A program made the position numbers and the translations under genes. A stretch of DNA of 64,000 nucleotides, taken from positions 736,001-800,000 of the forward strand of contig OZ219786.1 of assembly GCA_964291285.2 (NCBI GenBank), given 5' to 3'. The number at the start of each line of letters is the position of its first letter. The stretch's first letter is position 1. The notes under the pieces are model-generated. The model saw nothing but the letters and a program-made list of their open reading frames with translations, did no database searches and had not been told where the DNA came from. Of this stretch, positions 1 to 10,044 are shown one piece after another. This DNA comes from Alphaproteobacteria bacterium. Lineage in GTDB: Bacteria > Pseudomonadota > Alphaproteobacteria > Bin95.

Positions 1-981
1 AAGTCGGGCGGGTTCCTCGCGCGCGACTGGTGCGACGGTTCCGCCCTGGCGGCCCTGGCACGCCGGGGCTTCGACCTGCACGCGGAACTGGCAGCGAGCC
101 TCGGCCGCGACTGGGGTTATCGCCGGGTCGAGACTCTCGGCGTCGTCGCGAGCGCCCGGCAGGATGTCGGCCGGTTCAGGCGCCTGCCCTCTCCCGACTG
201 GCTGGCCGGCGACTGCGCGGTGCATGGAAAGCTGGGGAGCCCCGACACCACGGCGCAGATCGATCCCCTGGCTTTCACCGAGGCGATGATGGCGAGCGCT
301 GCCGAACGCGGCGCGCGGCTGATCGAGGGATGCGTCCAGGGTATCGCGCTCGCGCCGGACGGTTCGCGTGCGACGGGCGCGGTCGTGGACGGGACGGAAG
401 TGACCGCCGACGCCGTCGTCATCGCCATGGGCCCGTGGTCGCTGCTGGCCTGCCGCTGGCTTCCGCTGCCCGCCGTTTACGGTATCAAGGGGCACAGTCT
501 CGTCTTCGACTACGAGCCTTCTCCAGTCTCGCTGTTCGTCGAACTGGAAACCCGGGACGGAGAGAGGGCCGCTCCCGAGATCAATCCGCGGCCGGACGGC
601 ACCACCTATGTCTGCGGCCTGTCGGGCGAACACGCCCTGCCCGTCGATCCGGCCGACGTCCTGCCCGAGGCCGGCGCCTGCGCGCGGCTGCGGCGGATGA
701 CGGCAGGCGTCTCGCCGGCTCTGGCGGCTTCCAGGGTCCTGGCGGAGCAGGCCTGCTTCCGGCCGGTCACCGCGGACGGACTGCCCCTGATCGGGCCGGT
801 CCCAGGCATCGCCGGCGCTTATGTGGCGACCGGCCACAGCGTCTGGGGCATGCTCAACGCCCCGTCAACGGGCGAGGCGATGGCGGCGCTGATCGCCGGC
901 GATGCGAATGGCGGGATCGACCTGCAGCCATACGATCCGGCCAGGCTGGAACGGCTGGATCCCGGAGCCCTGGTTTCATGA
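1..981 (+). CDS. FAD-dependent oxidoreductase, DAO/glycine oxidase-like (5' end outside window)
   Basis: Frame 1 is open from base 1 (KSGGFLARDWCDG...) and carries VVIAMGPWS, CFRP-T-DGLPLIG and ATGHSVWGML motifs. Confidence 0.85.
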   Translation, partial: KSGGFLARDWCDGSALAALARRGFDLHAELAASLGRDWGYRRVETLGVVASARQDVGRFRRLPSPDWLAGDCAVHGKLGSPDTTAQIDPLAFTEAMMASAAERGARLIEGCVQGIALAPDGSRATGAVVDGTEVTADAVVIAMGPWSLLACRWLPLPAVYGIKGHSLVFDYEPSPVSLFVELETRDGERAAPEINPRPDGTTYVCGLSGEHALPVDPADVLPEAGACARLRRMTAGVSPALAASRVLAEQACFRPVTADGLPLIGPVPGIAGAYVATGHSVWGMLNAPSTGEAMAALIAGDANGGIDLQPYDPARLERLDPGALVS

Positions 982-1063
982 CCCCGGCGCCGTCGAATGC
1001 CCGTGCAAACCGTGCCATAGTCGCCCAGGCAAGCTGCAGAGGGACAAGAAGGGGGCAGCGTCG

Positions 1064-2245
1064 ATGAAGATCCGGGGATTCGAGAACCTGCATGCGGATG
1101 CCGGCTGGCGGAACATCTCCTTCCTGAAGATCACCACCGACGAAGGGCTGGTCGGCTGGTCGGAATACAATGAGAGCTATGGCAGCCGGGGCCTGAGCGC
1201 CGTCATCGCCGCGCTCGGCGAGACCCTCGTCGGCGCCGACCCGCGGCCCGTCGAGCGCATTAGCGCCATGCTCTACGCGCAGACCCGCCAGGCGCCGGGC
1301 GGCATGAACGCGCAGGCCATCGCCGCCATCGAGAACGCGCTGCTCGACATCAAGGCGAAGGCGCTCGGCGTGCCGGTCTATGAGCTGTTCGGCGGGCCGG
1401 TGCGCGACCGCTTCCGGCTCTACTGGTCCCATTGCGGCACCTACCTGGTGAACCGGGACCATGCGAAGCTGATCGGCGAACAGCCGCTGCGGAGCCTGGA
1501 CGATGTGGAGGCGCTCGGCGGGCGCGTGCGCGAGCGCGGCTTCACGGCGCTCAAATGCAACATGTACCGCTTCGACGGCTCCGAGCCCTATGTCTATATG
1601 CCGGGCTTCGCGCGCTCGGCCGGCGACCGGCCGGAACTCAACCTCTCCCGCGAGACGGCGCGCGCGCTCCGCAACCAGATCTCGGCCTTCCAGGAAGGCA
1701 GCGGCGGGCGGGTCGACATCCTGGTGGACCTCAACTTCAACTTCCGCACCGACGGCTACATGGCGCTCGCCCGTGCGCTCGACGATCTCGGCCTCTACTG
1801 GATCGAGATCGACAATTACGACCCGGAGGGGCTGGCGATGATCCGCCGGTCGGTCGAAACGCCGATCGCGTCCTGCGAGTCGCTGTACGGGCGGCGCCAG
1901 TTCCGGCCCTTCCTGGAGCGCTATTCCATGGATGCGGCGATCATCGACGTGCCGTGGAACGGCTTCAGCGAAAGCCTCAAGATCGCCGCCATGTGCGACG
2001 CCTGGGAGGTCAATGTCGCGCCGCACAACTTCTACGGCCATCTCTCGACCCTGATGAGCGCGCATCTCTGCGCGACCGTGCCGAACTTCCGCATCATGGA
2101 AATCGACATCGACGACGTGCCGTGGAAGGACGACCTCGTGACCGTGCCGCCCCGGATCGAGAACGGCGAACTCATCCTGCCAACCGGCCCCGGCTGGGGC
2201 GCGGAGGTCAACGAAGACGCCGTCCGCGCCCACCCGCCGAAATAG
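1064..2245 (+). CDS. Mandelate racemase/muconate lactonizing enzyme (enolase superfamily)
   Basis: Start chosen at MKIRGF. Motifs: ITTDEGLVGWSE, AIENALLDIKAKALGVPVYELFGG, PHN, ELILPTGPGWG. Confidence 0.9.
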   Translation: MKIRGFENLHADAGWRNISFLKITTDEGLVGWSEYNESYGSRGLSAVIAALGETLVGADPRPVERISAMLYAQTRQAPGGMNAQAIAAIENALLDIKAKALGVPVYELFGGPVRDRFRLYWSHCGTYLVNRDHAKLIGEQPLRSLDDVEALGGRVRERGFTALKCNMYRFDGSEPYVYMPGFARSAGDRPELNLSRETARALRNQISAFQEGSGGRVDILVDLNFNFRTDGYMALARALDDLGLYWIEIDNYDPEGLAMIRRSVETPIASCESLYGRRQFRPFLERYSMDAAIIDVPWNGFSESLKIAAMCDAWEVNVAPHNFYGHLSTLMSAHLCATVPNFRIMEIDIDDVPWKDDLVTVPPRIENGELILPTGPGWGAEVNEDAVRAHPPK

Positions 2246-2260
2246 CGGCGGCCCGGGGGC

Positions 2261-3862
2261 CTATTCGCGGCCGCGCAGGAAGTCGGCGCAGCGCTCGCCG
2301 ATCATGATCGAGGGCGCGTTGGTGTTGCCGGACGGCATGGTCGGGAAGATCGAGGCGTCCGCGACCCGCAAGCCCTCCAGCCCGTGCACCCTGAGCCGGT
2401 CGTCCACCACGGCCTCCGGCCCCGGCCCCATGCGGCAGGTGCCGATGGGGTGGTAGGCGGTCTGCGAGTTGCTGCGGATCCAGTCCAGGATCTCGTCGTC
2501 GCTCGCCACCTGCTCGCCGGGGTCGTATTCCGCGCCCCGCAGCGGCGCCATGGCCTCGGCCGCCATGAGTTCGCGCATCATGCGGAAGCCGCCGGTCATC
2601 GCTCTCTGGTCGATCTCGTCATGCAGGAAGTTGAACCGGATCGCCGGCTGCGCGTCCGGGTCGGCCGAGCGGATGTGGATCGAGCCCAGGCTCTCGGGCC
2701 GCAGCTGGTAGCAGGCGATGGTCATGCCGGGGAAGGGCTGCAACAGCCGGCGCTTCGGGTCCTTCACGGCATAGGGCACAAGGTGCATCTGCACATCCGG
2801 CGTCTCCAGTTCCGGCCGGGTGCGCAGGAAGGCGAGCAGCGGCGCCGACGGCAGGCTCATGAACCCGCCGCGCGTGAAGGCGTAGCGCAGCACCTGGCCG
2901 GCCTTGCCGAACAGCGTGCCCATGCGCTCATTGTAGGACACGCCCCTCGCCGTGACCCGCCACTGGATGCGGGCGTTGATGTGGTCGCGGAAGTTCTCGC
3001 CGACGCCGGCCAGTTCGTGCTGCACCTCGATGCCGTGCGCGCCCAGCACCTCCGGGCGGCCTATGCCGGAGAGCTCCAGGATCTGCGGGGAGCAGACCGC
3101 GCCCGCGGCGAGCACCGTCTCCCGCCCGGCCCGCGCCTCGACCGTCCGTCCGCCCTTCTCGTAGGCGACGCCGACGCAGCGCTTGCCCTCCAGCAGCACC
3201 CGGCGGGTATGCGCTTCCGTCACGATGCGGAGGTTCGGGCGATTCCCGGCGGGCTTCAGGTAGCAATGGGCGGTGGACATGCGCCGCCCGTCCTTGATGG
3301 TCACCTGCGTCTTGACCACGCCTTCCTGGTCCGGGCTGTTGTAGTCCGGGTTGACCTTGTGGCCGACCTCTTCGGCGGCGGCGAAGAGCGCGTCGTAGAG
3401 CGGGTTCCGGTCCGGCACCTCGGTGACCTGGAGCGGGCCGTCCTCGCCCCTGATGCCGTCGCCCGCCTTCTCGTAGCTCTCCATGCGCTTGAAGACGGGC
3501 GCCACGTCCTCCCAGGTCCAGCCGCGATTGCCCATCTGCGCCCAGGTGTTGTAGTCGAGCGGCTGGCCGCGCACATAGACGAGGCCGTTGATGCTGCTCG
3601 ACCCGCCGAGCAGCTTGCCGCGCGGCACCGGGATTTCCCGGTTGGCCGTGTTCGACTCCGGCTCGGACATGAAGCACCAGTTGGCGGCCGGGTTGTCGAT
3701 CAGCAGGCCGAAGCTGATCGGGAAGCGCGACCAGGGGTGGCTCGCCTTGCCGGCTTCCAGCAGCAGCACCTTGCAGTCCGGGTCCTCGGTCAGCCGGCTG
3801 GCGAGCGCCGCCCCCGCAGACCCCGCGCCCACGACGATATAATCAAACTCCGCTTCCGCCAT
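2261..3862 (-). CDS. GMC oxidoreductase (choline dehydrogenase-like)
   Basis: FDYIVVGAGSAG, PRGKLLGGSSSING, YHPIGTCRMG, DASIFP-GNTNAP. Start at MAEAEF inside the long ORF. Confidence 0.92.
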   Translation of the reverse strand: MAEAEFDYIVVGAGSAGAALASRLTEDPDCKVLLLEAGKASHPWSRFPISFGLLIDNPAANWCFMSEPESNTANREIPVPRGKLLGGSSSINGLVYVRGQPLDYNTWAQMGNRGWTWEDVAPVFKRMESYEKAGDGIRGEDGPLQVTEVPDRNPLYDALFAAAEEVGHKVNPDYNSPDQEGVVKTQVTIKDGRRMSTAHCYLKPAGNRPNLRIVTEAHTRRVLLEGKRCVGVAYEKGGRTVEARAGRETVLAAGAVCSPQILELSGIGRPEVLGAHGIEVQHELAGVGENFRDHINARIQWRVTARGVSYNERMGTLFGKAGQVLRYAFTRGGFMSLPSAPLLAFLRTRPELETPDVQMHLVPYAVKDPKRRLLQPFPGMTIACYQLRPESLGSIHIRSADPDAQPAIRFNFLHDEIDQRAMTGGFRMMRELMAAEAMAPLRGAEYDPGEQVASDDEILDWIRSNSQTAYHPIGTCRMGPGPEAVVDDRLRVHGLEGLRVADASIFPTMPSGNTNAPSIMIGERCADFLRGRE

Positions 3863-3942
3863 TGCGCCGCTTCCTTCCGTCCCTGCCGTATTCCGGAAGC
3901 GCAAGCGTAGGCGGTTTCGGACGGCAGGGGAATGTGCGGCCC

Positions 3943-6900
3943 TCAACGGAAGTCTCGCGACCTGGGGATCGTGCGCAGGTTGCGCGGGTGGCGCGAGGGG
4001 AAGGCGACGGGGCCGGGCGACGGCGCGCCGCCCGCTTCGTCCGGCGTCAGCAGGTCGAGCCAGCCGGTCAGGTCCTCCAGCCGGTCGGCGACGAGGTGGA
4101 CGATATCGGCGGTGCGCTGGACGCGGCCCCGGACCATCGCGAGGCGCGCGCCGAGCACCGCCTTGCGGAAGCACTCCAGAACACGGGGCCACACCACGAT
4201 GTTCACGACGCCGGTTTCGTCCTCCAGCGTCATGAAGATGACCCCGCTGGCGCTGCCGGGGCGCTGACGGACCAGCACGAGGCCGGCGGCGGCGGCACGC
4301 TCGCCGTCGCGGGAGCGGGCGATGGCCTCGGCCGCGAGCGCGCCCCGCTTCACCAGGCGGGCGCGCAGGAAGGAGAGCGGGTGTGCCCGGAGCGAGAGCC
4401 GCAGCGCCCGATAGTCCTCGATGACCTGCTCGCCGGACGTCATGGCAGGCAGGGCGGCCGGCGGCTCCGGGCCCTCGGCCGATCCGCCCGTCGCCTCGAA
4501 GAGGGGAAGCGGCGCCGATTTCGCAAGCGCGCCCGCCTGCCAGAGCGCCTCGCGCCGGTCGAGCCCCATGGAGCCGAAGGCGTCGGCAGCGGCCAGCGTC
4601 TCGATGGCGGCGGCTCCGAGCCCGGTCCCGCGCTGCATGGCGGCAATATCGGGCCAGAGGCCATTGCGCGCCTTGAGGATGCGCTTCGCGTCCTCCTCGC
4701 CGAGGCCGGTGACCTGGCGCAGGCCGAGGCGGAGCGCATGGCCCCCGTCCGCCCTGCGTTCCAGGCTGTTGTCCCGGCCGCTCGCATGGACATCGACCGG
4801 GCGGACTTCGACCCCGTGCCCGCGGGCGTCCCCCACGATCTGGGCGGGGGCGTAGAAGCCCATCGGCTGCGCGTTGAGCAGCGCGCAGGCGAAGACCTCG
4901 GGATGGTGGCATTTGAGCCAGGACGAGACATAGGCCAGAAGGGCGAAGCTCGCGGCATGGGACTCCGGAAAGCCGTAATCCCCGAAGCCCTCGATCTGGC
5001 GGAAGCAGCGCGCCGCGAGTTCCGGGTCGTAGCCGCGCGCGGTCATCCGGCCCACCATCCGGTCCCGGAGCAGGCCGAGCGTGCCGCGCTTGCGGAAGGT
5101 GGCCATGGCGTGGCGCAGCGCATTGGCCTCGTCCGGCGTGAACCGGGCCGCCTCCATGGCGACGCGCATCGCCTGTTCCTGGAAGAGCGGCACGCCGAGC
5201 GTCTTCTCCAGCACCTTGCGCAACTCGTCCGGCGGCCCGTGCTCCGGCGCCGGCGCCGGATAGACCACCTCCTCCAGCCCGTCCCGCCGGCGCAGATAGG
5301 GATGCACCATGTCGCCCTGGATCGGGCCGGGGCGCACGATCGCCACCTCGATCACCAGGTCGTAGAAGGAGCGCGGCTTCAGGCGCGGCAGCATGTTCAT
5401 CTGCGCCCGGCTCTCGATCTGGAAGACGCCGATGGTGTCGGCCCGGCAGATCATGTCCCAGACCTGCCCGTCTTCCGCCGGCACGGTGGCGAGCGTCAGC
5501 GTCAGCCCCTTGTGCGCGGCCAGCAGTTCGAAGGCCTTGCGGATGCAGGTCAGCATGCCGAGGCCCAGCACATCGACCTTCATCAGGCCGAGCGCCTCCA
5601 GGTCGTCCTTGTCCCACTCGATGAAGGTGCGCTCCTCCATCGCCGCATTGCCGATCGGCACGGTCTCGTCGAGCGGGCCCCGGGTCAGCACGAAGCCGCC
5701 CACATGCTGGGAGAGGTGGCGGGGGAAGCCTTGCAGTTCCGTTGCCAGCGCCACGGTCCGGCGGAGCAGCGGGTCGGCGGGGTCGAGCCCGGCTTCGCGC
5801 AGGCGCTCCTCGGGCACCCCCTCGCGGTGCATGTCGCGGACGGCGGCGGCGAGCGCGGCGGCGGTGTCCTCCGACAGCCCCATCGCCTTGCCCACGTCGC
5901 GCACGGCGCTGCGGGCGCGGTAGGAGATGACGGTAGCGGCGATCCCGGCGCGCTCGCGGCCGTAGCGCCCGTAGATGTACTGGATCACCTCCTCGCGCCG
6001 CTCATGCTCGAAATCGACGTCGATATCGGGCGGCTCGCGGCGCTCGCGGGAGACGAAGCGTTCGAACAGGAGGTCGATCCGGGCCGGATCGACGGCGGTG
6101 ATGCCGAGGCAGTAGCAGACCGCCGAGTTCGCCGCCGAGCCCCGCCCCTGGCAGAGGATGCCCTCGCCGTCGGCGTAGCGCACGATGTCGTGGACGGTGA
6201 GGAAATAGGGGGCGTAGTCCAGCTCGCCGATCAGCCCGAGCTCGTGCCGGAGCGCGGCGGCGACCTTCTCCGGGACGCCGTCCGGATAGCGCCAGGCCGC
6301 GCCCTTCCAGGCGAGCGCCTCCAGATGCCGCTGCGGGGTGCTGCCGGCCGGCACCGGCTCGTCGGGATACTCGTAGGCGAGTTCGTCGAGGCTGAAGGTA
6401 CAGAGCGAGGCCGCTTCGAGGCTCCGCGCAACCGCCTCCTCATGGCCGCGGAAGAGCCGCGCGATCTCGGCTCCGTCCTTGAGGTGGCGCTCGGCATTGG
6501 CGGCGAGGCGCCAGCCCGCTTCTGCCACGGTCACATGCTCGCGGACGGCGGTCAGCACGTCCTGTAGCGGCCGGCGTCCGGGGCGGTGGTAGTGGACGTC
6601 GTTGGTGGCCAGCAGCGGCGCCCCGGCGCGCTCCGCCAGCGCCGCCAGGCGGCTGAGCCGGGCGCGGTCGCCGCCCCGGTAGAGCATGCGCGCGGCGAGG
6701 TAGAGGGGGCCGTCATGCGCGCGGCGGAGCCCGGCGAGTTCCGTCTCGAACCCCTCGCGCCACGGCTCCGGCGGCAGCGCCATCAACACTTGTCCCTCGG
6801 CATGGGCGAGCAGGTCCTCCCGGTGCAGCACGCATCCGCCCTTGGCCGCGCGCCGCTGGCCGAGGGTGAGCAGCCGGCAGAGGCGCCCGTAGGCGGCGCG

Positions 6901-7152
6901 GTCGCGGGGATAGCAGAGCAGCGAGGCGCCGCCCGCGAGGTCGAGCCGCGCGCCGGTCAGCAGGCGGATGCCGGCCCGCTTCGCCGCCATATGGGCGCGA
7001 ACCGCGCCGGCGAGCGTGTTGCGGTCGGCGATGCCGATGGCCGCAAGCCCGAGCCGCGCGGCCTCTTCCACCAGTTCCTCCGCATGGGAGGCGCCGCGCA
7101 GGAAGCTGAAATTGCTGACCGCCTGCAATTCCGCGTAAGGGACGCCGCTCAT
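3943..7152 (-). CDS. dnaE2: Error-prone DNA polymerase III alpha subunit DnaE2 (ImuC)
   Basis: YAELQAVSNFSFLRGASH PHP start, GRGSAANS, PPDIDVDFEH, C-terminal SRDFR. ATGA overlap with the imuB stop. Confidence 0.96.
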   Translation of the reverse strand: MSGVPYAELQAVSNFSFLRGASHAEELVEEAARLGLAAIGIADRNTLAGAVRAHMAAKRAGIRLLTGARLDLAGGASLLCYPRDRAAYGRLCRLLTLGQRRAAKGGCVLHREDLLAHAEGQVLMALPPEPWREGFETELAGLRRAHDGPLYLAARMLYRGGDRARLSRLAALAERAGAPLLATNDVHYHRPGRRPLQDVLTAVREHVTVAEAGWRLAANAERHLKDGAEIARLFRGHEEAVARSLEAASLCTFSLDELAYEYPDEPVPAGSTPQRHLEALAWKGAAWRYPDGVPEKVAAALRHELGLIGELDYAPYFLTVHDIVRYADGEGILCQGRGSAANSAVCYCLGITAVDPARIDLLFERFVSRERREPPDIDVDFEHERREEVIQYIYGRYGRERAGIAATVISYRARSAVRDVGKAMGLSEDTAAALAAAVRDMHREGVPEERLREAGLDPADPLLRRTVALATELQGFPRHLSQHVGGFVLTRGPLDETVPIGNAAMEERTFIEWDKDDLEALGLMKVDVLGLGMLTCIRKAFELLAAHKGLTLTLATVPAEDGQVWDMICRADTIGVFQIESRAQMNMLPRLKPRSFYDLVIEVAIVRPGPIQGDMVHPYLRRRDGLEEVVYPAPAPEHGPPDELRKVLEKTLGVPLFQEQAMRVAMEAARFTPDEANALRHAMATFRKRGTLGLLRDRMVGRMTARGYDPELAARCFRQIEGFGDYGFPESHAASFALLAYVSSWLKCHHPEVFACALLNAQPMGFYAPAQIVGDARGHGVEVRPVDVHASGRDNSLERRADGGHALRLGLRQVTGLGEEDAKRILKARNGLWPDIAAMQRGTGLGAAAIETLAAADAFGSMGLDRREALWQAGALAKSAPLPLFEATGGSAEGPEPPAALPAMTSGEQVIEDYRALRLSLRAHPLSFLRARLVKRGALAAEAIARSRDGERAAAAGLVLVRQRPGSASGVIFMTLEDETGVVNIVVWPRVLECFRKAVLGARLAMVRGRVQRTADIVHLVADRLEDLTGWLDLLTPDEAGGAPSPGPVAFPSRHPRNLRTIPRSRDFR

Positions 7153-8729
7153 CCGTAGAGCCCGTGGATGTACCAGCGGGGCGGACCCTTGCTGCCGGCG
7201 TCCCTGTAGAGCCCGGCGCGGTAGAGCCAGTAGCGCCGGCCTTCCACATCCTCGACGCGGTAATAATCGCGCGGGTCGTCGTCGTGGCCGCCGGCCCACC
7301 ATTCCGGCTCGATGCGCTCGGGGCCCTCGGCGCGGGCAATGCGGCGGCGCAGCCGGCGCCAGGCGAACAGCGCCGGCGGGCCGTCCGGCAGCCCGGCGAC
7401 GACCTCCACCGGCTCGGGCCGGTCGAACAGGCGGAAGGGGCGTTGCCCCACGCCCGGCCGCACGGGCCAGGCCACGCCTTCCCGGCCGGGCGCCATCCGC
7501 CGTTCGGCGCGTTCCGGCAGGTGGCTTGCGACCGGCTTGAGGCGGGAGACGGACCCTTCGCCGAGACGGGCCTGCAGGCGGTCGATCAGCGGACCGAGCC
7601 CGCCGCTGCCGCGACCGCCCTCCGTCAGCCGGAATTGCTCATGCGCGAGCGGCTCGGCGCGGACGGCGTGGAGCGCCATCGCGTCGATCCCGAACCCGGG
7701 GTCCACGGTCTCGATCTTGCCCTCGAAAAGGCGCCGCAAATGCGCGCTGTCGCGGGTGGCGCGCGCGGTCGAGACGCCGCGCCGCGCCGTGCCGCCGTCC
7801 ACCCGGCAGAACAGCAGCGCGAGTTCCCGCGCGCCGAGCCCGTCCCGTTCCAGCGAAGCGCAAAGCTCTTCCATCAGCCGGGCGACCGCCGCCTCCAGCC
7901 CGGCAAGGTCGATCAGGGGTTCCGGGAAGGCCAGGCGTGCGAGGCAGGCAGGCGGCAGCGGCAGGGACGCCGCCGGGTCGGGGCGGCGGCCGAGCGCGCG
8001 GTCGAGGCGTTCCAGAACGGCCTCGCTCCGCTCCCGGCCCTGGCCTGCCCCCGCGCACTGGCGGGGGAAGCGGCGCGCAAGCGCCGCGCGGGGCAGGGCG
8101 TCCACCGCGCCGATGGTCACCAGGCCGAGGCGGCGCAGCAGGCGGGCGTCCTCGGATACGATCCGCAGCGCCTCGACCGGCAGGGGTGCGAGTGCGGCAG
8201 GAGCACCTCCGGGCGCGGCGATGCGGCGGCCTTCCCCGCCGAAGCGGGCGAGCGCCCAGGCGGCGCCCGGCGTATCGGCAAGGCCGGTCCGCGCCCCGAA
8301 GCCAAGGCCCGCAAGGCGCGCCTCCACTTCCGCCGCCATCGCCGCCTCGCCGCCGAAGAGATGGTCGGCGCCGGCGATGTCGAGCAGCAGGCCGTCCCCG
8401 CCATCGACCGCGCAGCAGGGCGTGAAGCGGTTGCACCAGAGCGCGAGGCGTTCAAGCCCGCGCCGGTCCTCCGCCGGCCGGGCTTCGGCTGCGGCGAGGC
8501 GGGGCAGGAGCGCGCGGGCGTCGGCAAGCCGCATGCCGGGTACGAGCCCCTCGGCTTCCGCCTGCCGGTTGACCGCCGCCAGCACCGCGCCATGGCGGCC
8601 GGGCGCGGTGAGCGCGAACGGCACCGGCTCAGCCGGCGGCGCGCGCGAGGACAGGGCGGCGGGCCGCCGTGCGCGGCGCAGCCGGTCGATCGGCCAGCGC
8701 GGCAGCCACACCGAAATCACCCGTCTCAC
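7149..8729 (-). CDS. imuB: ImuB, Y-family polymerase-like protein
   Basis: SVWLPRWPIDRL, GMRLADARA, EGPERIEPEWW, RDYYRVED; lies between imuA and dnaE2. Confidence 0.93.
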   Translation of the reverse strand: MRRVISVWLPRWPIDRLRRARRPAALSSRAPPAEPVPFALTAPGRHGAVLAAVNRQAEAEGLVPGMRLADARALLPRLAAAEARPAEDRRGLERLALWCNRFTPCCAVDGGDGLLLDIAGADHLFGGEAAMAAEVEARLAGLGFGARTGLADTPGAAWALARFGGEGRRIAAPGGAPAALAPLPVEALRIVSEDARLLRRLGLVTIGAVDALPRAALARRFPRQCAGAGQGRERSEAVLERLDRALGRRPDPAASLPLPPACLARLAFPEPLIDLAGLEAAVARLMEELCASLERDGLGARELALLFCRVDGGTARRGVSTARATRDSAHLRRLFEGKIETVDPGFGIDAMALHAVRAEPLAHEQFRLTEGGRGSGGLGPLIDRLQARLGEGSVSRLKPVASHLPERAERRMAPGREGVAWPVRPGVGQRPFRLFDRPEPVEVVAGLPDGPPALFAWRRLRRRIARAEGPERIEPEWWAGGHDDDPRDYYRVEDVEGRRYWLYRAGLYRDAGSKGPPRWYIHGLYG

Positions 8730-9444
8730 GGTTCCACTCCACAGTGCAGGTCACGGGCCGTCCGCCCCGGCAGCGCAGCAGGTCGAGGCGCCAGCGCGGC
8801 AGGCCGGGCGCGGCGGCGTCGAACGGGTCGCCCCGATCCGGGGGCAGCGACGCGACCCGCCAGCGCGAGAAGGCGGCGCTCGCCGGCCCGAGGCCGTCCC
8901 GGCGCAGCAGCAGGACGGGGGTCAGGCTCTCGCGGGCGGCGAGCGCAAGCCGGCGGCTCAGGGTGAAATCGAGGCTTTCGACCTCGCCCAGCACCGCCGC
9001 CAGGGCGGCGCTGCGCAATCCCTCCTCCATCGCCCAGGCGACATCCCGGTCGCGGCGGGCGGAGAGCAGCAGCAGGTCCGCCGGTTCGAGGCCAAGGTCC
9101 CGCCAGCCCGGCCCGTAGAGCCGGCCGAAGGGGCTCGTCCGGCTCTGGCAGACCAGCACGGCGCCCCGCCCGTCCCGGCGGTCGAGCCGGGCAAGCAGGG
9201 CAGCCAGGAAAGCGGCGGCTGCCGGCCCGTCTCCTGCCGCGCTGCCGCCCGCCTCATGCAGCCCGCCCACCGCCAGCCCATGCTCCGGCAGGGCTCCGTC
9301 CAGGGCGCCGAGGCCGAACCGCCAGACCTCCGCTGCTCCGCCTCCCGCCGGCTCCGCAACGGCCGTCCGGCGTTCCAGCAGGGCGATGCGCCGCCTCAGC
9401 GCGGCGAGCCCGGCAGGATTTCTTCGGGGAAGAGGGGCCGACAT
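8629..9444 (-). CDS. imuA: ImuA, RecA-like SOS mutagenesis protein
   Basis: FGLGALDGAL..GGLHE, WAMEEGLRS, SRRLALAA, RWRV, RWRLDLLRCRGG. ATG directly follows the LexA box. Confidence 0.9.
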   Translation of the reverse strand: MSAPLPRRNPAGLAALRRRIALLERRTAVAEPAGGGAAEVWRFGLGALDGALPEHGLAVGGLHEAGGSAAGDGPAAAAFLAALLARLDRRDGRGAVLVCQSRTSPFGRLYGPGWRDLGLEPADLLLLSARRDRDVAWAMEEGLRSAALAAVLGEVESLDFTLSRRLALAARESLTPVLLLRRDGLGPASAAFSRWRVASLPPDRGDPFDAAAPGLPRWRLDLLRCRGGRPVTCTVEWNRETGDFGVAAALADRPAAPRTAARRPVLARAAG

Positions 9445-9446
9445 AT

Positions 9447-9461
9447 GTTCATTATTGGTTC
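9447..9461. promoter_or_regulatory. Alphaproteobacterial LexA (SOS) box
   Basis: GTTC-attattg-GTTC matches GTTC-N7-GTTC and lies 2 bp from the imuA ATG. Confidence 0.9.
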
Positions 9462-9479
9462 GATTGACGGGCGAGTCAA
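9451..9479 (-). promoter_or_regulatory. Sigma70-type promoter of imuA-imuB-dnaE2
   Basis: Minus strand TTGACT (9479-9474), 17-bp spacer, AATAAT (9456-9451). The -10 lies inside the LexA box. Confidence 0.7.
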
Positions 9480-9530
9480 TAAGGGGCCGAGCTGCGGTTG
9501 GGGACCGAACGGGCCGGGACCCTCTGCGGG

Positions 9531-9590
9531 ATGTCATGAAATGTCATGTTTTGTCATGAGGCCCTCCGGAAATGTCATGTTTTGTCGTGG
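9531..9590. repeat. Short TGTCATG repeat with 10-bp period in an intergenic region
   Basis: atgtcatgaa-atgtcatgtt-ttgtcatgag ... aatgtcatgt-tttgtcgtgg. Confidence 0.6.
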
Positions 9591-10044
9591 TCCGGGTCGA
9601 AGCCCGGGCCGTTGGCGCCGCTTCGAGGAGTCGTTCGTCGGGGCATTTGCGCCTCCTTCCATTCGATGGTTTCCGCCGCCCGCTGTTGCGGGGCGGCGAC
9701 CCTTTTTCGCGCGTAACGCGCGCGGGCCGGCGCGCGTCGGCGCCGGCGCGGTTCGCGCGCCTGATTGCCCGCGTGCGCCCGCATGCGCGAGGCAGTCGCC
9801 GGACGCACCCCTCCCGCCTGCTCCCCTGGGGGCTTTTTTCGCGCCGCCGCGACCCGAAGCGGCCTCCGGACAACCGCTTCCTCCCGCTCCACCTAATGGG
9901 CGGCGGCGCGGATTTCAACCCCTGTAATGGAATTTTTTCAGAAATTGTGAACAAGGCCTGCCCTTCCCGCCTCTTGACCGGCCGGCCCGTCCGGCGCAGA
10001 GAATTGCCGGCAGCACCGCCGAAGGAACCGACCCGGCCCGGCCG

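Noticed and set aside
9531-9590. CRISPR array
   Set aside because: The repeat unit is only 7-10 bp with no unique spacers, and there are no cas genes in the window.
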